Source of the DNA: Schmidtea polychroa
Taxonomy: Eukaryota
Assembly: GCA_044892525.1 (NCBI GenBank)
Contig: CM097888.1
Location: 81,282,001-81,346,000, forward strand
Length of the DNA: 64,000 nucleotides
Direction: 5' to 3'
The translations under genes and the position numbers were made by a program. This document shows positions 1 through 14,361 of this stretch, one piece after another (within the stretch, counting starts at the first letter, position 1; each line of letters begins with the position of its first letter). Under the pieces are notes generated by a model, which worked only from the letters and a program-made list of their open reading frames with translations, made no database searches and was not told the DNA's origin.

Positions 1-1791
1 CACTTGCTCATTATATATTATTATGATACATTCTCTAGAGAATATTAAACTTATCAATTTTCAAAATTCACATAGATATAAACGTGCATGAAAATATGAA
101 GTCATTTAATGAGTATTATCACTTTTATTAATATTTTGACGTCATTTTTAATTACAATTTAATATTTGATATGGTAGAATATATGATTCCAAACCAGTAA
201 CGGTATGGAATCAGAGTTTTAAACATTGTCTAAAATTATTCTAAAATAATTACAGTACACGTTCAGCTTTATAGAAACAAATTATAAATAAAAAAATCAA
301 AATTCAGTTTTTTATTTTATTTAAAAATATAACTAATATGCCACTACATAAGTGAAATGAAAATCATTTAGATTCTTATTTTAGTTGTTATTAACGCATG
401 TAAATTAGTCAGATTTGGAAAATAAAATTAGCAAAATTACAATCACATTTCTGAGTGAAAACTTCCCTCGTAAATATCTTTTGAAGGCATAATTGGAATG
501 GGACAGGGCGCAATAATGCCTTGTTACGGCATGTTTCCATCAAACAGTGACTCACAATACCCACTGTCATATTTATGCCGCGTATAAAAATAGTAGTAAA
601 AATATAATAAATTGGTATTAAATATTTAATGTTTCTAATGTTCAACGTATTTTTAATTAATTGAAAATATGGAGCTATTTTAAGTTTATATTTAGTTTGA
701 TTTATTAATTTTTCGGTAGTAAATATCATATGATTCCTCAATGCTTATTAACGAATTGCTAAGGTTCACAAAGTTTTCAAATTTCTTATATTTTTTCAAT
801 ATATACTTAAATTAATTTAGTTTTACGAAATCGTTCTCTTTTTATTACATTGCCACTATGATCGAAGAAAGACAATATTTAAAATATATATAAGGGATGT
901 CTTTTAAAATCAACACATCATTCAACAACCTGATTATATAAAACGATATCCTGCCTTGGAACTATCCCCGCTATTGAAAGTATTTACTCTACTTATCAAT
1001 CGTGTTTCATTCATTACATTGTCATATTGAATCGTTTTTCGACATCAAAATATGATCTATCAAACCCTGTTAATTCAGGTTTTGTTTTAACCTTCTAGGG
1101 ACCCTCAATACGTAAAAATTATTTGTTATTTATTTATTTTATTTATAGTCACTTGTTTCCATTGCTTTTCCTATAAATTATTCATTATTTTTCTTTTAAT
1201 TAATTAAGTTTTTATCACCCTAGCAATCGGCTTAAAGATTTCTAACATTTCTTTAAAAATATCCTAAGTGCCAGTTGCAACTGATTAAGATAGTTCATTT
1301 TAGGAATGACTGATATAATCAAATCTAAAAATTCTAGTTTCCTTCTAGAATTCCAATAGTCCAAAAAATTTAATAAAGCAACCCAATTTCGTCCGCAGAA
1401 AATTTCATAATACTAATTCTGCAAAAAACAGTTTTTAGTTAAGTAAAAATGAGAAATAATTACATACTAACCCCATCGTAGAACGCTCACGATGATGAAA
1501 GGTCAAAGTTCATTTTGTATCAATAAACTTGACCAAAATACTCAATCGAATAAAAGATGTATTCATTTATCAGTGACAGGAACAATGAAAATGACTGTAT
1601 ATATGATATAATCTGTTATGTTACAATTAGCTTCAACTTTATCTTTGAAAACATTGTCAATTTATTATTAGTCATTGCTAACATTATTAAATTATGAACT
1701 AGATTTGCCTTTCTTATTAATCATTTCTATTAATGGAGCAAACCAAATGTTTGAACAGAACAAATTTTGATCATTTTTAAACAATAGATAT

Positions 1792-2259
1792 CAGAGGTTC
1801 CCAACTTTTATAGGGCTGCTCACATAAGATTACTTTCTTACCATAATACCATTGAAATTAAATAAAAATATTTTGATGTATTAAAACAAAATGTATATAT
1901 ATATTATTGATTTTTACCTTTTATTTTAGGTGTAACACACAATTAGGTCAATGCAAGTGGAAGTTGTGGATAAAGTGGACTATAAAAGTGTCATTCGGTT
2001 TTGCCTTTTCTTGGTAAAGGCAGCCAGATAATTATTGGAAATTTGACACGAGTCTATCGAGATAAATGTCCCTCAAACTCTACAATTAAATTCTTGATTG
2101 CAAAATTTAAAAGGAGACGTCAAAATGTGAATGAAGAAAGAGAATGGCGTTCCACGTCCTCGACAAAAGAGAACAATAAAGAAAAATTGGAGAAAATAAA
2201 GATTCTTTAGATATATTAACTTTTTAGATCAGATAATAACAACTTGTTGGGAACCGCTG
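1792..2259. mobile_element. Non-autonomous element with hAT-type TIRs enclosing a mariner fragment
   Basis: CAGAGGTTCCCAAC at 1792-1805 and GTTGGGAACCGCTG at 2246-2259 are inverted repeats of the same type as the 4425 MITE. No matching 8-bp TSD (ATAGATAT vs ATATAAGA). Confidence 0.5.
1960..2210 (+). pseudogene. Mariner transposase N-terminal HTH relic
   Basis: Translation VDKVDYKSVIRF..FLGKGSQIIIGNLTRVYRDKCPSNSTIKFLIAKFKRRRQNVNEE resembles the Mos1-type HTH region (E.R.VI.F...ELT.VYGD..PS.STV..W...FK.GR..V.D). Frameshifted and truncated. Confidence 0.7.
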
Positions 2260-4424
2260 ATATAAGATAATTTCCTAATATATCTATCTAAAGAGACGCA
2301 ATATAATAAACTTTCCCAATTATTTTAACAAAATTTAAATTAATATTTTATAATTATGTTAAAGATTGAAAATTTAAATTGACATGTGTCTCGAGCTCAT
2401 AATTTTTATTTGTAATATATATAGAATAATTTACTACATTGTAATTATTACATATGTATATTGTTAGAAAATATATCATTAATTAATGCATTGAAAATAA
2501 ATATTTGTATCATTCTCTAAATGTTATCAATATTCTAAGTTACTCAAAAAGAAAGTTTGTTAGTGATAAAAAAACAAAACAGATTTCCATTAAAAATTAG
2601 AGATGAAATTTCTCTTTTTATCAACATAAAATGATTATTATTATATGTAATATTTCCAATGGCATGCAAAAATCTCCACACTTACCATTCTAGTCGAAGA
2701 TTGTAAATTTTGACTGAAATGAAAACAAGTTTGAAAAGTAGGCACAATGTTTCGACAAACAAACTAATAAGAAAGATTTTTCATGCGATTGGCTGGTTTC
2801 CTTGAAAATATTTATTAGTATTTTTTATTTATATCAGAAAATTTGTATCTATCCCAATGACTAATTTGACTCAGGAAGTTCATTGAATTGCCCAACTGTC
2901 TAGTTAATTCTTATTTGTTATTAATCATTTATTTAAATTATAATTATAATCAAAAGATTTTAAGCTAGTGTTCAAATTGTCTAAAATATATAAATGAAAT
3001 AACATTCAACTTTCACATAAATTGAATGATAAATGACAGGCATGGAATACATAAACTAAATTGAATTTCAACTTTAACGGTCGCATTTTATTGAAATATT
3101 AACCTTTTGCACTCCGTTGGCAACTATATGTCGCCACTATTTATAAGCTATACGACTTAAATAGTCATCGATTGTTGTTATTTTTGCTTAAATAAATTAA
3201 ATTACTAATATATCTAATGCTTTGAATGCACATGATACCTTTTTTTATTTTTTAATTAATTTTGTCTTAAGTCTACCATTTTTGTTTGAAATTTCAAAAA
3301 TGTATGTTGGAGTTATACAGGTATTTCATACAAAAAAATTCAAGAGTTGAAAGGTTTGTTGCTTCATTTCAAAAAGTATTATATATTTATATTTGTGAAA
3401 TTTTTGTATTTCTTAATATATTAAGTGTATAACGTTTTAAGAACTTTTAGCATAGTAAGTTATGGAAATACTATATATATATATATATATATACATATAA
3501 ATGGTATGCTATGAATATATAATTTAAGTTCCAATTTCAAATTTATTTTATCTAAAATATATTAATGTTAATAGAAGTCCGCAAATTGTTAAGCAAATCA
3601 GAGAAATTATTAGTAATAGTTATATTTTATAGGTTAATTTGTAGTTCACAACTTGTAAAGACAGATAAAAAATCTCCTTAGAATTGTGTAAATTATGGAT
3701 AAAAGTATGCATTCTTTCTCAAAAATTGAAAAGAGGTCATAAAGAAATCATAAATATTATTGAAAATAAAAATAAAACAAAAGAGATAGGATTAAGGAAA
3801 GTAGAGAACAATTGTTTGACATTTTGTCAGTTTGTACAGAATTTATATAATTTTAAGGTATAATTTTCAATGAAACAAAGCGAAATTTTAATAATCGACT
3901 CAAGTAAAATTGAAAAAAAGTCAAGTGTGAATCACACTGTGTGATACGTAAAAAAAAGAACCCATGAATATAATTTGTCATATTATTATAAGTTATACAA
4001 TAATGAATTTGACATCAATTATGAACTTGATGTTAAAAAGATACCTAATGTAATTTAAGTAAAATATCTGAACAGAATATTCTATAAAATCTTACTCAAT
4101 AATTGCTAAAAAGTATGGATTAAATAATTAAAAGTTCAGTCAATTTAAAAAGAAATTCGATGTAAAAAAGGAATGGTTCCAAATTTTAACACCAATTACG
4201 TTTTATGTTCGAAATATAAATTAATATTCTGCTTAATGTTTCAAAAATTGATATGATTTAAGATTTCATTGCAGACGTTTGTAGCCTTGGGTGGTTCAGT
4301 CGCAGATCTTCAATAAATTATATCATTATATTAAAATTAGTTTTAAAAGGGTACTCATTAGAATTTTTAGATCGACATAATGATCTATTCAGTGAAATAG
4401 TTCTTAAAATTGATTATACTAATG

Positions 4425-4647
4425 CAGTGGTTCCTAATCTTTAAGAAATTACGGAGCGCTTTTCATCATAAGAATAATTTGCGGAGCACCAAATCATAAA
4501 AATATGATTTAACAATAAAATTAATATGAACATTGATTTTATTTATACAGGTTACAAATAAACATAAGATAAAAAATCATTGCAAAATAACCAATATTTG
4601 ATGGAGAACTTATAACATTCTCGTGGAGCACCGGTTGGGAACCTCTG
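4425..4647. mobile_element. hAT-derived MITE, 223 bp
   Basis: TIRs CAGTGGTTCCTAA / TTGGGAACCTCTG; perfect 8-bp TSD TACTAATG at 4417-4424 and 4648-4655. Confidence 0.9.
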
Positions 4648-5665
4648 TACTAATGTAATATGTGAACATATATTGTGCAATTTAGAAAAGCTAGTCACAT
4701 ATTTTGATGATGAAGGAACATTGATGTTTTATGTTTAGATGAAGTAAAAAATAAAAATACAATTTCAAACTATATTTTATTTATATTATTTACTTAAAAT
4801 AAACATTAAAATAAAAATCTAATAAAAAAGAAATATTTTGTTACTATAGAAATAAAATTATAAGTTTTAATGAAAATAAATGAAATGTTGAGACAATAAT
4901 TTTCTTGAAATTTAATTTTTCTTATTAAATGTCAAAAATACAATTAATAGTATCGAATAACTTAGTGACAAAATCTGTAATGATGATTTGATTAATAATG
5001 TCAAACAGTGAATTTTTTAACAAGATTTTGAAAAAATAATAATGAACTTTTTTTTCATTATGTATTATAATAATTTAAAAAAATTCTTTTTATATGTTGC
5101 AATCTTTTACAGCTTCACTTGACATTTAAAATATTAAATTGCAATTTATGAATATTTCCCTTAATTCGTAATTAGATTTTTATAGGTAAGTGACAAAATA
5201 CATTCGGCGTTTTTGAATTAAAAATTCAATCAATTAATAAATTAATTCAAGCTCAAAATTGAATTATTATGTTGCAGAATAACATATTTTACATTGATGA
5301 AAATAATTACTATTTTTTTACTATTAATCAGTGCGTTATATTTTACAATAAATAAATACAATACAATAAAAATATTTTTGAACAAAAAAATTATATATAT
5401 ATTTATGTATGCATTAATAAACGAAATTATTTCCATTCCAATTTAGTAGCAATTTTATACTTTTTAATAACAGTATTTAGTTGATGAAATTAATTTTAAA
5501 AGAATGTAGGCGCTTATTGTTAATAACCATTGAACCAAAATAATTATGATAATTGTATTTCTTTTGTTATTTATGATAAGACTATCGAGTAAAAAAATAT
5601 ATTTGGAATATAATATAAAAGTTAGTTCAAATAAGTTTAAAAGTACTTAAACATACAGTAGGTAC

Positions 5666-5825
5666 NNNNNNNNNNNNNNNNNNNNNNNNNNNNNNNNNNN
5701 NNNNNNNNNNNNNNNNNNNNNNNNNNNNNNNNNNNNNNNNNNNNNNNNNNNNNNNNNNNNNNNNNNNNNNNNNNNNNNNNNNNNNNNNNNNNNNNNNNNN
5801 NNNNNNNNNNNNNNNNNNNNNNNNN
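5666..5825. other. Assembly gap (160 N)
   Basis: Run of N. Confidence 1.
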
Positions 5826-6418
5826 CTGATATTTTTATATTTATTATTATTACATCGTTTAAATATGAATTTTCGGAAATGTCTATAATGAAAGGTTTCT
5901 ACAATTATTCCTCAAACAAAAATGATAAAAATGAGTATGTGGTATCAAATGAAAGATATTTATAATACAAAGAAGTACAAATCTGAGAATGATCTTACGC
6001 TAGAATATCATTATAATAACTCAAATGGTCTCCTATCCAAAACTTTAATTTTCCAATAGTAATTAGTATTGAACTTATGAAACAATCAAATCAAAATTTC
6101 TAAAAAGATCTATTGAAATCTAAAATTTGTTAATAATTAAAATCTTTTAAAAGTTGACAACTCAACAATTTAATCTATTGCCAGCGAGATCTTTAATGTT
6201 TAACCGAATTTTAAAAAATTAGTGTGAAAATGGATTTGTTCTATAAACAAACCAGAATTATTCAATAAATGATGAATAAAAGTAATAATAATACGTCTGT
6301 GTTGTGATGATTTTATATGAGTTGTTCCAAATAAATAAATTTGTTTTTAATACTTTTACACCAAAAACTTAAAATAATAACCTCAATTTCTTGATATGGT
6401 TTCAAAAAGAGGATACAT

Positions 6419-6574
6419 NNNNNNNNNNNNNNNNNNNNNNNNNNNNNNNNNNNNNNNNNNNNNNNNNNNNNNNNNNNNNNNNNNNNNNNNNNNNNNNNNN
6501 NNNNNNNNNNNNNNNNNNNNNNNNNNNNNNNNNNNNNNNNNNNNNNNNNNNNNNNNNNNNNNNNNNNNNNNNNN
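6419..6574. other. Assembly gap (156 N)
   Basis: Run of N. Confidence 1.
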
Positions 6575-7679
6575 AGTGTAAATGTAGCATTTCCGTATTC
6601 GTAAAATACTTGTTTTACATTCATAATAGTGTCTTCACTGTAACAGGACTGTAAATTAAAAGAAAACGTGAATTATGATATTTAGAACATCAATGTTGTA
6701 CATAATTATGACGTATTACTAACAAAAATAATGGAAATTTTAATGTTTTTGATTTGCCTACTAAAAAAATAGATTATACCTGCTTCGCTCGATTTACGAA
6801 AATATGTGTAATAGGAATTAAAAATTCAACATATATAAAAATTGTTTTAATGGAACTATTTTTGGTTGGCTATATTTAAATACAATTGACTACTTATTTA
6901 TTGATGGCATGGATGACAAGAAGTACTGAAGTGCATTTAACAACCTAATTTATTACTAATTGGGTTTTATATATATTTTAACGAATATTGATTGAATTTT
7001 GAGATTATTTTCAGTTTACCTAGGTTTTGTATGAGAAGTCTCCCTACCAAATTTGGTTAAATTTGGATGCAAATTGAGGTTGCATATAGGAGGGCACACA
7101 CAAACTTTGAGAAATATGGATATAGAAGATATTCAAGATATTTATAAATGGTTGAAAAGTGGTTCTTTGTCCGCTTTAAACTGCAGGTGCTGCAAATTAG
7201 CTATCACTTATAGCTATCGCTTTTGGTCTTTTAATATCAATTATAACTAATTTAAAAATAAAAACATGCGTTTTCATATAGTCGAGTTTGTATAAGAGGG
7301 AAATGGACAAATATATTAAGACCTTTATAGTTGACTATCAGTTTACTGAATAGTATTAAGGTTTGTTAAAATTCTACACTGTAAATGCATCAAGAGTGAT
7401 AAAACACTTTTAACGCAGGTTAGAGAATCCTTAACCATTGGAATTTAGCAATTCTAGCAAGGACGGAAATGCAGTGCATTTAATTTCTATAGTATTTTCT
7501 ATAGTAATATATAGTGAAAAGTTGTTTTAAATATAACAAAGAAATATTTCTGTCATTAAGGGGCCACGCGAATAATGGAGTTTGACGACGTTTTCCCAGA
7601 CCCGGATTTAATGAGTTATCCATAGGAAATCATGAACTATTGTCAGTTAATAGGTAGTAGATGAATTCTCAGTGTGTAT

Positions 7680-7890
7680 TTCCTATTTAACCCTGTGCAA
7701 AATGGTGAACAAAATCACGGAACTCATTGTTGTTCAATAGAAACACAATAAAGGATTATCAAGTCAGTCCACAGTGGATTTTTGGTTGAAATTGATGAGG
7801 AAACAAGAAGTGTTATCATGATGGATGTTCTTCCAACGAATGCCGAAACTCTGATTAAACAGCACATTGAACCGTGATCCGAAAACTGGT
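7680..7890 (+). pseudogene. Merlin (ISXO2/IS1595-like) transposase relic
   Basis: Frameshifted KHNKG...PQWIFG..IDEETRSVIMMDVLPTNAETLIKQHIEP matches the Merlin motif KYN.GR...QWVFG..ER.T.......R.A.TL..II..HIEPG. Confidence 0.6.
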
Positions 7891-8205
7891 GCAAATAAAA
7901 ATTTGCTAAAGAATTCAAAGAAACTGAATAAGAAAAATAAAAATTCATATGAATACATGTGGAAATAACAGTTTGAACAAAAACCTTGTTGTTTCTTCTT
8001 GCCTTTCTATTATACTAATCGAATAGTTCATTATTGTTTTATTTAATATTATTTTTATAACAATTGAAACCAGGTGGAAGACATAATAAAGTATCTTGAA
8101 TTTAAATAAAAGGTCTTGCTATTAGTGCTTACAATACCGGGATCCCGGATACCAGACAAATTTATGATACCGAAATACCGGGATTATGATTTTTTTTGGT
8201 TAGAC

Positions 8206-8596
8206 CAGTGTTGTCCAAACTTTTTTTGAGCCACGGCACACTTAGCTGAATTAAAAATTTTCGCGGCACACCTAAATTTTTTTTTGCTTTATTTGCAATT
8301 TTTATTGCACTTTTACTAATCTTTTAATAAGAAATGAAAAACTTATTTACTTGAAATAAATTTAATGTAAAAAATTTTAAATTTAGAAAAATTAGATAGT
8401 CAATATTTCTAGTAAGAAATATAAATATGATTGTAAACAAATAAATTTCGCACTTAATTTACTGATTAACATTTAAATTTGAAATAAATTTTAAAATATC
8501 CACAATTCAATTTCCTTTTATTAAGTTTTTTGGAAAAACGGTTTTTTTGAGTTATTTTTTAAAAAATTTCATGGCACACAGTTTGGATAACACATG
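8206..8596. mobile_element. hAT-derived MITE, ~390 bp, nested in another hAT-like end (ATACCGGGAT subterminal repeats at 8135-8184)
   Basis: TIRs CAGTGTTGTCCAAAC / GTTTGGATAACACATG; GGTTAGAC duplicated at 8198-8205 and 8596-8603. Confidence 0.8.
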
Positions 8597-10092
8597 GTTA
8601 GACAATTATTAAAATACCAAGTACTTCCTTATGTAATACTTCCTCTGATAAAAGCGTATCTAAAGAGCACAAAACTAAGGGTAAATCATTCAAGATTTTA
8701 ATTAGAAGTACTCCCATCGTTCAATTTGGTATTTTAACCGTTTGCGGACGGAATAAGCTATCGTATAAGCCATTTAAGGTCAAAATATGTATTAAGTACT
8801 CCGAAAGTACTTCCCATTTTATGATCAAGTATCCCATATTTAATTTAGGAGCTCGTTGGCCGAAAGGACAAAGGTGTCAGAAATCTACATAATAGATATG
8901 TAAAATTTGAGGACCCGAATTTGATCCTATTCGAAGTCTGTTAAATAAAAAGGATTTTCAAGAAATTTAAGTATTTATGAGCTCTCTATGCTGATGCTTA
9001 CCCAAAACAGGCTTTCAAGTTGTGAGGGGGGATTAAGTTATATAATTTTATTTTCATGTAATTGTTTGTGATTGTCATTATAGGTTAGGAAAGTAGTAAG
9101 TAGTAGCTAGTTGCGTATAACCCTTCTCGTGTAAGAGTGTCAATGCTTGAATGGTTCATATGCGGGTTTCAAATTCAATTCAAATTCAAGTACTTCCCAT
9201 ATTTTATTTACCACTTACTCAAAATTCGTATAAATTTTGAGGGAAATGACATTTTCCAAATATAATTGGTACAAATACTCGAAATGGCATGTCAAACAGA
9301 AAATTTCCCTTTAAAATGTGAAGCTGCAATGTCATTGAAAATCATTATTTAAATATATAAATTTAATTAGTCTAATCGATAAATATTAAATAAAAATTAT
9401 TTAGGTAAGATAATAAACTCTTTTCTATTGTAAAATATATTATAAAATTATATAAAAATTTCAGAAAAATGACTGAAACAAAGCATAAATAATTGAAATC
9501 AATAATATTTAAATTTAAATCTAAAATCAATTATATTTAAATATAAAATGGATACTAAAAAATTGTATGAAGTAATGATATGAATACGGTGGTTATGGTA
9601 TAATAACATTTAGTTATTAAAAAGATCTTGTTATATAATATTTAATAAATTCCTAATAATAATTATTAATAAAATTGAGTTGATTTCATCAATCTTACAA
9701 TGTACTTTTAATAACTTAATTATTATTTCAATCTGAGAAACTACTTTAAAAAAACAATATAAAATTTAAAATGAATAAAATCTAGATATTTAATAATAAG
9801 GAAAATTTTAAATCTTCAATAAAGAGGAGAGAAGAGTTGAGTATAGCAATAGTTGGATAGCAACAAATAATTTATGCAAATATTTCATAATTTCCAAAAA
9901 TCCCGGATAAATTTGTCATCATTCTATAAGAAGCTGATAGGGAGATTAAAAAATGAGAATCATTAGGGGTCGTATTTGGCATTATTTCCCACAAGAAATG
10001 TATTAGAATTATGTTACTATCTTAAATTTTGCTGATTTTAAATGAAATTCACACAAAACATTTAATAAAAATGTAAATTTCAGTCTTTCTAC

Positions 10093-10824
<732 letters not shown>

Positions 10825-11249
10825 AATCAATTATTATTAAAATAGTAAAATTATATATAAATATTTACTATGATAAAACAACAATGACCTACAGCATAAA
10901 AAATAATTAAAGGAGTATGTAAGAAAAAAATGCTTACATTAATATAAAAATTATTACATATTGTTGTATATAATTATGTAAATCAAACCTGTAAAAAAAT
11001 GTAAATTTTAATTCATTAAAATTTTACGAGATATTGATGATTGTCAAAGACCATCTGAATAAACTATTTATTTTACTCGTTGGAAAAATCGGTTATGGTT
11101 CTTTATATAGACAGAGCTCTTTATTATTCTAATTATTATTCTATTTCAATGGTTATAGTGAAGTATGAAGTTGGATAATGGATATATATAAATACGTGTC
11201 AACCAAAATTATATTTGTGTTGGGCTAGAACTGACTTCTAGACCCAAAT

Positions 11250-11830
11250 TGCTAATTGTGACCGAGATGTGTAGGTACACAGCATGTAAAAAAGCAAAAA
11301 GTATAGTTAAATATTAAAAACCACACTAAATAAACAATAGTAATTAAAGGAAAAAACAACAAAAACCTAAAACATAGAAATTAAATAAAATTCATACAGA
11401 AGCAAGAAGTTATGCAAAATCTAACTCAAAAATAACCAAATAAACATAGAATTACCAAAAGCAAACTCGAATAACTTAAAAGACGATAAAAACAGTAAAA
11501 CATTCCAGAAAAACCCAGAACATTCTATAAAAATGGCGATGACCATCACAACAGTCATCTAGAACAACAAAAGTTAAAGAAAATAAATAAATTAGCATTA
11601 AAAAACAAAAATCTCAAAAAGAAATTCATAAAAACATCAGTTAAAATAAAAATTAAATTAAAAGTAAAATAGAATGTTCTGGAACCGTTCCAAATCCATC
11701 ATGGACGTAAAATTAATGAAAAATAATTAGAAAATAAAAATATAAAAATAAAAACAAAAATTATAGCACTAAAATTTCCATTAAAAATGTCAAAATCACG
11801 AAATAGAAAATTCTGGAATAAAAAGAATTC
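11250..11830 (+). repeat. Strand-asymmetric A-rich interspersed repeat (homologous to 49165-49720 on the minus strand)
   Basis: Shared block TTCT(G/A)GA..CCAAA(T/C)CCATCATG..AATAATTAGAAAATAAAA. A similar T-rich tract lies at ~18950-19400. Confidence 0.55.
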
Positions 11831-12949
11831 GAGTTTGTTTTAATGCATCAATACATACACGTGTACAAAATAGGTATATATACCGACGCATTTTCGTCAC
11901 AATTCAGATATTCTTGTATGCCAAAAATTTTTTTTTTACCGAAATTTTGGACAACACTGAAAGTAAGGACCGTTGATTAATTTCATTTTTATTTGTATTG
12001 CATTATTATTATGTTTATTATATTCTTATCTTGTTTATTTTTTTTTCTATTACTGAACAAGAGTGACCAGCGTCGTCGTAAACGGATGGCATCCACGACG
12101 CTGATCAGCCTTGCTCCCACTAATTATTTCACATGCACTATACGGGTCTACGACCTCACATGCACTAAAATTCAATTTTTAACCGGAAGGTCGCCACGAA
12201 CAAATGGTTTCTAACCAGGAGTAGGGCGGTAAATCCATCCAGGTAGTTGGCATAGTCGCAGGGACTATGCGGACGAAATAAAATGCGGGCAAGTAATCGC
12301 GGAAAACATATTACAATAAGGCCTATCGTACCGTATTCAGTTGAATCGGGAAAGTAGGAAAATTTTAATTAATTCGACCTTCCGGTAAACGACACATCTA
12401 AATTACACACTCAAATATTCTATAGGAAATACATCATTAGGAACAACTAAACGGGAAAGATCCCAGACTCAATTTATCACAAAAGTTATCAAGTAGTCGG
12501 CTAATTGCACAAACTATTATTCAATATGCTCAATATTAACTATTGTTATTAGATTTTATTGATATTATTCATAATTATGTTCGATTTTAAAGATAATCTA
12601 ATCACGTTCAATGATGTATTAATTACAAGTCTTTATACTTACCTTACGGGTATTGAAATCCTTAAGAATTCTATTTTGCTTTGATAGTACTATCACCTCC
12701 AGGATCATTATCATTATCCTCAACTCCCTTTTCTCGTTGTCTTCATAGAGAGTGTGTCATCACCATCAGTATGTAATTGCATAGATCGGTATATTAAACT
12801 TAAAGAAAAGGTAATCTTTCTCGCCAATGTCACAAAGTCGTCAAACCACCAGTTCATGGTTATAACCCAACTGGAATATGTATAACTTACCTAGTTTCAT
12901 AAATGGTTCTTTGAACTATATATTTATTCATCAATCTCCTAACTTATTC

Positions 12950-13400
12950 TGATGTATATATTTAATATTAAAATGACAGTTTATAAATTTTCATATAGAA
13001 ATATCCTAACTTAGTTGGGTATATATATTTAACTTATAAAATATAAAAATGATAGTTTATAAATTTTCATAGATGATCCTCTGAATTATATATCTATCGT
13101 CCAATACCTAGATACCCTAATTTATTTTGATATATATTCAACTTACAAAATGTTAAAATGATAATTTATAAATCTACATAATTAGCCCTAAATTATATAT
13201 TTACCTAATTGTCCTAGATTCACTTATTTATATATATATTTAGCTTATATAATATGGAATCACTAATTTATAAATATTCATAAACATCCCCCCCCTGAAT
13301 CCTACCTTCATTATCTATTATACTAATATCTGAAAGTAACCTATTCAATATATACTTAGTCTTTAAAATGGTAAACTAATGATTTCATGAACACCCCCCT
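12950..13400. repeat. Degenerate tandem array, ~5 units of ~70-120 bp
   Basis: Recurrent ATATATT.AACT.ATA.AAT..AAATGA.A.TTTATAAAT.T.CATA, with C-runs in the last units. Confidence 0.6.
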
Positions 13401-13499
13401 GGATTATACATCTATTACCCACTGCATAAAACTTACACTTTTTATCAGGATTAACCTTATCGTTATTGCCATTATTAACATTGCTATTGTATTATCTTT

Positions 13500-13514
13500 A
13501 ATGTTACGATTACG

Positions 13515-13557
<43 letters not shown>

Positions 13558-13816
13558 GTAGTATTATCATTATTATTATTGGTAATGTATCACTACTATT
13601 ACTATCTCCATCACTATAATCATTATTATTAAAAAATTATTATTGTTATTATCATTACGATTATCATTACTATCATTATTATCATTACTGAGGCTATTAA
13701 TTCATTATTATTATTATTATTATTTTTGGTTGTTGTTGTTGTTGTCATTACTAATACTATCAATTCATTATTGTTATTATTATTATTATTTTTATTATTG
13801 TTGTTGTTACCTTTAA

Positions 13817-13851
<35 letters not shown>

Positions 13852-13870
13852 GTAACATGATTATATATGG
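13500..13870. repeat. Compound (ATT)n/(ATC)n/(GTT)n microsatellite
   Basis: Directly visible; explains the poly-Leu and poly-Ile ORFs at 13387 and 13760. Confidence 0.95.
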
Positions 13871-14361
13871 CATGTTACTATTAATAGGAAAATTCGAAAC
13901 CGACAATATCGATTTTTTTTGTAACAAAGTTAGACCAATAATACCGCTTCTATTATTAGTAACAGCCCTACAAACCAAGGGTTAACCCCTACGAACTACT
14001 CCTAACTAATCGAATGGGTGATACATACTCTCTCAAGAACGGACCAATCAACGTCAACTAAAGTGGTGATAACTCCAATCTGTATGGGAAAACCAGGACA
14101 CTGGCAGACTTGACCCTGTTACCCAGGAGTAGAACTCATGTATGCCAAGGGACCGGGTCCCCGAGAGCAACGACCTGAATTAGAATACCTGCCCAGTAGG
14201 ATCAAAAGTTAAGAATAATAATAATTCATGATTGCTAATTATGCATATTTCCCGGAAGAGTTAACCAAATTACTTGATAAATTACTTTACGATACATAAA
14301 ATTTACTTAAAAGAGATGCAACCAAAGTGAAAATATATTTAATGAAATCAACAATATTTGC

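Noticed and set aside
409-741. 110-aa minus ORF as a gene
   Set aside because: No recognisable motif, start within low-complexity AT sequence, no supporting splice structure.
3099-3360. piggyBac-like element (TTAACCTTTTGCACTC)
   Set aside because: No convincing right TIR with TTAA.
6313-6650. Gap-spanning minus ORF as the missing SRM exon
   Set aside because: Both candidate acceptors give a stop in phase 1, the peptide does not resemble the SRM C-terminus, and ORF length depends on the Ns.
12095-12285. Hammerhead ribozyme (CTGATCA at ~12102, GGACGAAA at ~12271)
   Set aside because: The core is CTGATCA rather than CTGANGA, the halves are ~170 nt apart, and no stem II/III pairing could be built.
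13387-13978. Poly-Leu/poly-Ile membrane-protein-like ORFs
   Set aside because: Translation artefacts of the (ATT)n microsatellite.
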